From Lama guanicoe (taxonomy: Eukaryota): a stretch of DNA of 64,000 nucleotides. The DNA lies in contig MU053482.1 of NCBI GenBank assembly GCA_013239625.1, positions 1,401,168 to 1,465,167 on the forward strand. Reading direction: 5' to 3'. Below, one piece after another: positions 56,701 to 64,000 of this stretch (position 1 is the first letter of the stretch; each line of letters starts with the position of its first letter). The notes under the pieces are model-generated. The model saw only the letters and a program-made list of their open reading frames with translations. It ran no database searches and had not been told where the DNA came from. A program made the position numbers and the translations under genes.

Positions 56701-57157
56701 ATTTTCCGGCTCAATTGGATAAATGCAGATAGTATTTACTAAGATTGACATTAATGAATAGAGGCACATTTGGGATGGGGTTGGAAAATCAAGAGCTGGT
56801 CTTTCTATGAACATTTAGGTTATTTACAGTTCATGTTATTACAATCAATAGTGCGGTAAACATTCTTTTACAGATCTCCTGTGCACATGGGTAAGACTTA
56901 CGCCATGGTATATACATAGGAGTAAAATAGCTGAGTCCTAAGGTAATCAAATCTTCAATTTTAATATTTTCATGGAAATTGAAATCTTGTGTGCACGAAG
57001 TATTCTATAAGTGAGGCAAATTTATCACTTAAAATATTTATAAGGTTGTGTTTAGGTATATAAGGTTATGCTTAGGTATATACATTAAACATGGGGTCAT
57101 TTCAGTCAATTTAATTTCCTCTGGTTCTGATTTCAGTAGGCACCATTAGATGGATAG

Positions 57158-58096
57158 ATGGAGACTGAAAACCACACAACAGTGACAGAGTTCATTATTC
57201 TGGGATTAACAGACAACCCCACACTATGTGCCATTTTCTTTGTGATTTTTCTAGGTGTTTACGTAGTAACCATAGTGGGAAATATCAGCATAATTATCTT
57301 AATCCGAAGCAGCCCACAGCTTCACACCCCTATGTACCTTTTTCTTAGCCATTTGGCCTTTGTGGACATTGGGTATTCCACATCAGTCACACCAATCATG
57401 CTGATGAGTTTCTTGAGAGAGAAAACTGCTATCCCAGTCACTGGCTGTATAGCCCAGCTCGGCTCTGATGTCACCTTTGGGACTACAGAGTGCTTCCTGC
57501 TGGCCACCATGGCCTATGATCGCTATGTGGCCATCTGCTCTCCCCTGCTCTACTCCACCCAGATGTCCCCAGTGGTCTGCTTCCTCCTACTGGGGGCCTC
57601 CTACCTGGGTGGATGCATGAATGCTTCATCATTTACGGGCTGTCTGATGAACCTGTCCTTCTGTGGACCGAATAAAATCAACCATTTTTTCTGTGACCTC
57701 TTCCCACTCTTGAAGCTTTCTTGTGGCCATGTTTACCTTGCTGAAATATCTCCTGCCATCTCCTCTGCATCAGTCCTTATAAGCACACTGTTTACCATCA
57801 CTGTGTCCTACAGCTACATCCTCCACTCAATCCTGAGAATGCGCTCTACTGAGGGGAGGAAGAAGGCCTTCTCCACCTGCACTTCCCACCTCACTGCAGT
57901 CACTTTGTTTTATGGGACAGTTTTGTTTGTCTATGTGATGCCCAAATCGAGCTATTCAGCGGACCAAGTCAAAGTGGCATCTGTAATCTACACAGTGGTG
58001 GTCCCCATGTTGAACCCCCTCATCTACAGTCTGAGGAACAAGGAGGTGAAGGAGGCCATGAGAAAACTAATGGCTAGAACACATTGGTTTTCCTGA
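57158..58096 (+). CDS. Intact class II olfactory receptor, 312 aa, OR5P-like
   Basis: Single-exon ORF with N-terminal NHT sequon, [39 protein letters not shown] and [16 protein letters not shown]. The 5P assignment rests on recalled sequence style and recalled synteny next to OVCH2. Confidence 0.95.
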   Translation: METENHTTVTEFIILGLTDNPTLCAIFFVIFLGVYVVTIVGNISIIILIRSSPQLHTPMYLFLSHLAFVDIGYSTSVTPIMLMSFLREKTAIPVTGCIAQLGSDVTFGTTECFLLATMAYDRYVAICSPLLYSTQMSPVVCFLLLGASYLGGCMNASSFTGCLMNLSFCGPNKINHFFCDLFPLLKLSCGHVYLAEISPAISSASVLISTLFTITVSYSYILHSILRMRSTEGRKKAFSTCTSHLTAVTLFYGTVLFVYVMPKSSYSADQVKVASVIYTVVVPMLNPLIYSLRNKEVKEAMRKLMARTHWFS

Positions 58097-60294
58097 ATTA
58101 AATCAGGTATAAATCTATAAATAACAAACCATTGATTTGTGGAACATTTGTGCTGGATATTTAGTGATATTTCTCATTAACTTTATCACTTTTACAATGA
58201 GAAGCTCCCATAAATATATAAAAAATCCAACGTTTACTTCCATTTATAGAGTTAAGTGTATCATTACCATGGATATCCACTTGGTTCAAATTAAATACGG
58301 ATTTTTCAAGGTAGGGATACCTTCAAAAACTTTTCTACTTAAAATCCCATTTACCAATTATAGAGCTTTACTTAAATGGAGAGATATTTCAACCAAAGAT
58401 CAGATTTAATTGAATTCCATTTTTGTAAAATACCATTTGGGAAAGAAAATTCTCCTCGGTGATGTGTAACAGATGGTAATATTGACAAGTCAGCAGTTCA
58501 AGGTACTTTCTTTAAAGATACTGCCTTGCATTGGTCAATGGATAGTTCAACTATTGGAAACCTTGATGTTAGTGTCTCAGAAAAGCTTCTATTTATCTTT
58601 ACTTTATTTAAGCCAGAGCAAAGATCATGATTCCCATGTTTGACCATTAAGAGATCCAACCCAGATAACACAGAAGAAACTCTGTATAAATTTCAGCTGA
58701 CTCTTCTCATGACTTGTCTTACCAGGTGAATAACAGGGTAGGATTTTGGAAGTTCCTTTTCTTTGGCATGAGAGACTGAGATGGGACTTTCTTCCAGTAA
58801 CAGTTCATAGACAGGAGATACGAAGTTATGGTTTAGGCAAGAAATATCCGCTACACATTTTGTGTCTCAAGGAGCTGTCCACCATCACAGATTCTTCCAC
58901 TGCCTTTTTTGACAGTGCTTATGATCCAGTTTGGTTATGACAATTGCCTCTAAATTGATTCCCTGCCTCCTGCACTCCTTTCACAATGACATGATTAATA
59001 TTTTAGTTAATATGTTTAATATTTAGCACATAAATGTCAGAAAAATCCTGAGACAGTTGGGGAGCATTACTTTACAAGCAAACTTCCTATTCCTGGGTTC
59101 TTCACTGACCAGATCAAGAAAACCACCTCCTTTCCTGCCTGGAAGCCACTTTGTGGAATTTCTCTGGTCCTGTTTCCCCATTCATACCTCTTTACTTGCA
59201 TCAGTTATGGGCCTGTAATCCTATCAGTGCAATAATTCTGGAGCTAAAGTCAGCACAGACATGGCCCTTCACAAAGAGAGGGAACTCCAAGGTATTACTT
59301 CAGTCTTGGAAAGGGCTATGTTCGAGTTGTGGTGGGTGCTCTGCACTTTGGTGGTTGAAGTTTTCAGGCAGTCTTCCTCTTCATGTTTCCCCCTACACTT
59401 CTTGCTTTTCACCAGGATTCATGCTCAGCCCTCTGCCCTTCCCCCCATTCCTCATGGTCTCCTTGAGTGACCTCATCTTCTCAAGAGCTCAGCTGACATC
59501 TGTGTGGTGGCAACATCCAAATCTTCACATACAACCTTCCTTGGAGGACAGATGAACTTCACTGACCTTTTCCTCAAGACTTTCAAATTCAGTGTGCCCT
59601 GACTGAATTTTTCATATTTCTCCCCAAACTATTTACTCTTCTCTGTTCCTTTCTCAATAACTGGCAAATCATTGTGAGGTTTAGTACTCTAACAAGTTTG
59701 GGGTGCCTCTGATGGCACATCTATCAAAATGGTCTGCTCCCCTCCATCCCGTTTCATCTCTCAGGGGGAACACATGTCCCATATTGACCTCTTCCTTCTT
59801 TAAGTCTCTTTTGTGTAGGAGCTTAAACACTCCCCGATTGATTATGATGAATCCATGCAGAGATTTTTTTCATTCATATTTCCACTTTAAGGGATTCAAA
59901 TAATTCAATTACCCAGATGCAGGGAGTGTGGTGTGACACTGTTAATAGTCCCTACTAGACAGGATATACAATGACTCATTCTCTTCTCCCAAACTCTAAA
60001 TCAACTAAAGAAATGGCAGAAAGAGAAGGTATATAGAAGAGCAAAATATTATCTGTATGAATGAAAGAGCTGATGTTAGAGAATGTGCCACAATTTTGTG
60101 GACATATATGTTTTTGCATTCTAAATCCCAGAATTTGACACTTTTTCCTTCTCTGTCACTGGCAATAATGGAAATACTCAGGTCTCCCCAGTGAGTCTAG
60201 GCCTTTATCCATTAGCTTACAGCATGGCCAAGAGCTGCCAAGAACAACGAGGGCAGGCTCAGTTGCAAGAAAAAGGGAGAAGAAGGGCTGGACT

Positions 60295-60655
60295 TGTTAT
60301 GGATTGAATTATGTCCCTCAAAAATTTATATGTTGAAGTCCTAGCTGCCAGTACCTTATCTGGGAATAGGGTTGTTGTGGATGTAATTAGTTAAGATGAA
60401 CTCATATTGAAGTAGGCTGGGTTTCTAATACAGTATGTCTGGTATCCTTATTTCAAAAAGGACAATTAGGATACAGACAACACACAGAAATAACATCATG
60501 TGGAGATAAAGACAGAAATATGGGTTATGCTTCTACAAGCCATGGAACTTCAAAGATTGACAGCAAACCAGGAGAAGCTAGGTGAGAAGCATGGAGCCGA
60601 TCCCACAGCCCTCAGAAGGAACCAACCCTGCCATACCTTGATCTTGGACTTCTAC
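60295..60655 (+). mobile_element. MLT1-type MaLR LTR fragment
   Basis: tgttatggattgaattatgtccc...gttgaagtccta...ggaaccaaccctgccataccttgatcttggacttct. Confidence 0.8.
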
Positions 60656-62529
60656 TGCACCTTCACTTTTGAGAGATATTTCTATTTTGGGTAGAATTCT
60701 AGGTTTTCAGTTAAAAATCTTTTAGCACTTTTAAGATTTAATTGTTTTCTTGCTTCCATCATTTCTTTCCAGAACTCAGCTCTCAGTCTTCATTTTTTCT
60801 CCTTCTTTTTTGAAGGGAGTATGTCTTTTATTTTTCCCCTCGAAGTTTTTAACATTTTTGTTTGTTTGTTTTAGACTTCCTGTAGCCTTTTCATGATTTC
60901 TGTAAGTGTGGTTCTTCCTGTATTTATCATGTTTAAAATCTGCAAAGTTTAATAGATTTTTAGCTCATGGTCCTTCATCAGTTTGGAAAATCATCATTGA
61001 ATATTTCTTCAGAATTCTTTCTACCTCTCCTTTTTTTTTAAGATCTTCAATCACACATAGGTTAGGTCTTTCCACAATTTCTTATATAGCTCTCGCATTC
61101 TTTTTGATTTTTGATATTTTTCTTTGTCTTGTAATTTGTATGTTGTCTCCTGACCTCTTTTCAGTTTACTCCTTCTCTTTTCTGCTGTGTCCCATCTACT
61201 AATAATCCATCTGCTGAATTCCTAATTTATTTTATTTTTCATTTCTAAGATTTAAATTTAATTCTTTTTATTTCTTTTATTGTACTCAGTTCTGTGGTAT
61301 GAGTCTTCATTTTATTCCTCTATTTTTCTTAGACATATTTTTAATATTTAATTTGAAGTACTGGTTTTCATTCATTTGGTCCTGTTTAATGGCATATCTT
61401 GTCTTATTTCATTGAATGATGGGCAATATGGATAGAAAATTGTAGAGGTTCTAAATGACATTATCTTCCTCCAAAATGTATTTAATTTTATTCTTGCAAG
61501 AAAATAAAAGGCTTCGTCCCTTTGAGGAAACGAAAATACAGTGCCCGAAAGGGCCATTCACATAGAGAACTGATGTCTCTATGTACAGTATAACTCCTAA
61601 ACTTGCATCCTAGTAGAATGTGGTGGTTTTTCCAGTGTAGGCTGGGTGCTGTCCTTTGTGGGGATGATCTATGTCTGATTTGACCTTATTTCTAGGATGT
61701 AACAATTACTCCCAAGATACCAACCTTCAGGACTCTCAAATAAAAGCATAAGTTGTTATGGGTCCCACCTATCTTAAATGGCCTATCTACCAAGCTCTAT
61801 CCAACCAGCACTGCAAAATGCCAAAATCTCTGGTAAGATCAGGCTCTCGCAGGCTGACTTCCACCTGGTGTTTGCTATCTCACCACCCCATGTGCTGGGA
61901 GTAGTCAAACTCCATAATGAGGAATTACACATACAATTTCAGGCTCACTTCTCTATAGTTATTTACTGTCCAGGATCTTGGCCTCATAAGTCTTAGGCAT
62001 CTTTGACCTCAGACTTCTATCTACTGATCCTACCTAACTGCCAAAAGCCCCAACTGTATCTTTTTGCTCAGTCACTATTCCTTATGATATCATCTGGCAA
62101 ATATATTTATTTATGAGGATCAAGGAAAACTTTGCTGAAGAAATGACATTTAAACTGAGACATAAAGGTAAAAAGGAGTTAACTGGTCATTCAGAGCTGG
62201 AGATGCAGTTGTAGAAACTTTTGTGGGTGGATGAAAGTGATGTGGGAGGTTGAACTAATTATCCTTGGCTCAAAGTACAGTGTCTGCTACAGGGCAAGTA
62301 TTCAACAAATAACTGCTGGTTAAACATTAACTCTAATTCAATAAATACTTATTTAGAGCCTCCTTTTTTCCTAGCAGTAGGTTATGAACTGAATAAGTCA
62401 TGTGCTTTTCTTTCAGGAAGTTCACAAAAATCAAAGAAATGTTTCTTGAAAATACAATGGTCTCCATTCAAGTGGTATGAATGAAGTACTAGTTGCCATG
62501 TTTTTTTTAATCTTTAAAACAATTTTAGA

Positions 62530-63300
62530 TGTTTTTATTTTTTAATAAAAATTGTGTATATTTAGACTGGGATTTCAAAATTGTAGAATAGATAAACAAG
62601 ACTATACTGTATAGCACAGGGAAATAAATACAAGATCTTATGGTAGCTCACAGAGAAAGGAATGTGACAATGAATATATATATGTTCATGTATAATTGAA
62701 AAATTGTGCTCTACACTGGAACTTGACACAACATTGTAAAATGATTATAAACATTTTTAATTGAAAAAATGTTTTAAAAATTGTGTATATTTAATGTGCT
62801 CAACATGATGTTTTGACATAGATACACATAGTGAAGTGATTAATATAATCAAGCTAATTAACATACCCATCTCCTCACATCTAATCTTTTTTTAGGTGTG
62901 GTAAGAGTAACTAAAGTTTATTCTCTTAGCAAATTTCCAGGATAAAATACAGTATTATTAATGATAGTTATAATGCTGTATATTAGATCACTAGAACTTA
63001 TTTATCCAACACAACTGCAACTTCATATCCTTTGACTAACCTCTCCCCATTTATCCCTCCTCCCCCCATTTCCCCCACCTCCCCTACCCTGGTAACCACC
63101 ATTCTATTCTCTGCTTCTATGAATTTGACTGTCTTAGATTTCATACGTAAGTGAGACCATGCAGTATTTTTTTTTCTGTGTCTGGCTTATTTTATTTAGC
63201 ACAGTGTCTCCAAGTATATCCATGTTGTTGTAAATGGCAAGATTTCCTTCTTTTTTATGGCTGAATAATATTTTGTTGTATACATATACATATACCACAT
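62530..63300 (-). mobile_element. L1MA-like 3'UTR with a nested plus-strand L1 tail (62565-62774)
   Basis: Nested insert bounded by perfect 19-bp TSD taaaaattgtgtatattta at 62546-62564 and 62775-62793. Confidence 0.85.
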
Positions 63301-64000
63301 CTATGGACATAATTATGTGGTGTTCTCATTCTGTTAATGTGTTGTATCACATTGATTGATTTTCATATATTAAACCAACCTTGCATCCCAGGCATAAATC
63401 CCATTGATTCAAAAATTTGAGATTTAATATAATTAAAGAAGTAAAATGTTTAGATAATTTATATGAGAAGATAGAGACTTTCATATTTAGAAGGGACATT
63501 TGTGAAAATGGAATGGTGGAGATTGTGAAATATTTGATCAGAGAACCTCTAGCCAAATTTTAATTCAGTGTTGAACAAATAATGAGGACTGGTGACCCAA
63601 TAGGCTGTGACACCACCAATAATCATGGAACTGTGACCAGTTGCAAGCCCTTTGGGAGCTCTCTTCATCTTTATTCATTTACACACATCTCCCTATCTGG
63701 TATCTTTGAAATTCTCTTTCTTTGCTATGGTTTCTCCTAATATGTTTTACTTTCATTCCAGAATCTTCTTTCATTTCACTCATCAACCTTTTACAGTACA
63801 TGCTCTGCTTCTCCATTTTAACTAAACCTAGTTGTCTAAGAAGGGCACATCTGCTTCTCAGCTCTATTAAAGAGAATTTGCTTACTCCTCTATTGTACAG
63901 ACACCTGCACACAATGTTGACATTTTCTTAGCTCCTTACTATATTTGTAAATCATTTATTGGCAATTGTTTTTTCTTTTAGTATATACAAAGACAACTGA

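Overview
Mammalian genomic DNA, probably a camelid: it carries tRNA-Ala-headed vic-1-like SINEs and I saw no Alu, Bov-tA/BovB or PRE1. The minus strand holds an intact ovochymase-2 gene (OVCH2). I traced 15 coding exons by hand from 33994 to 17026 with GT-AG boundaries and consistent phases, encoding a signal peptide, a trypsin-like S1 protease with His/Asp/Ser triad, and two CUB domains. The main finding is downstream on the same strand: five decayed exons (13819 to 6310), in the correct order, spell out a second serine-protease domain. This looks like a fossil of the longer two-protease oviductin-type precursor described in amphibians. A sense-oriented MLT1 LTR with an AATAAA sits about 40 nt after the exon 15 donor and may have cut that half off (hypothesis). 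The right half is an L1-rich olfactory receptor cluster with one intact OR5P-family gene (57158-58096) and one frameshifted paralogue (45249-46201). Also present: an EMC3 processed pseudogene, a small orphan retroposed 3'UTR-like insert, two local duplications, a strong CTCF-like motif, and many L1/MIR/MER/MLT repeats. Gene and repeat names come from motif recognition and memory, not database searches; repeat ends are approximate.
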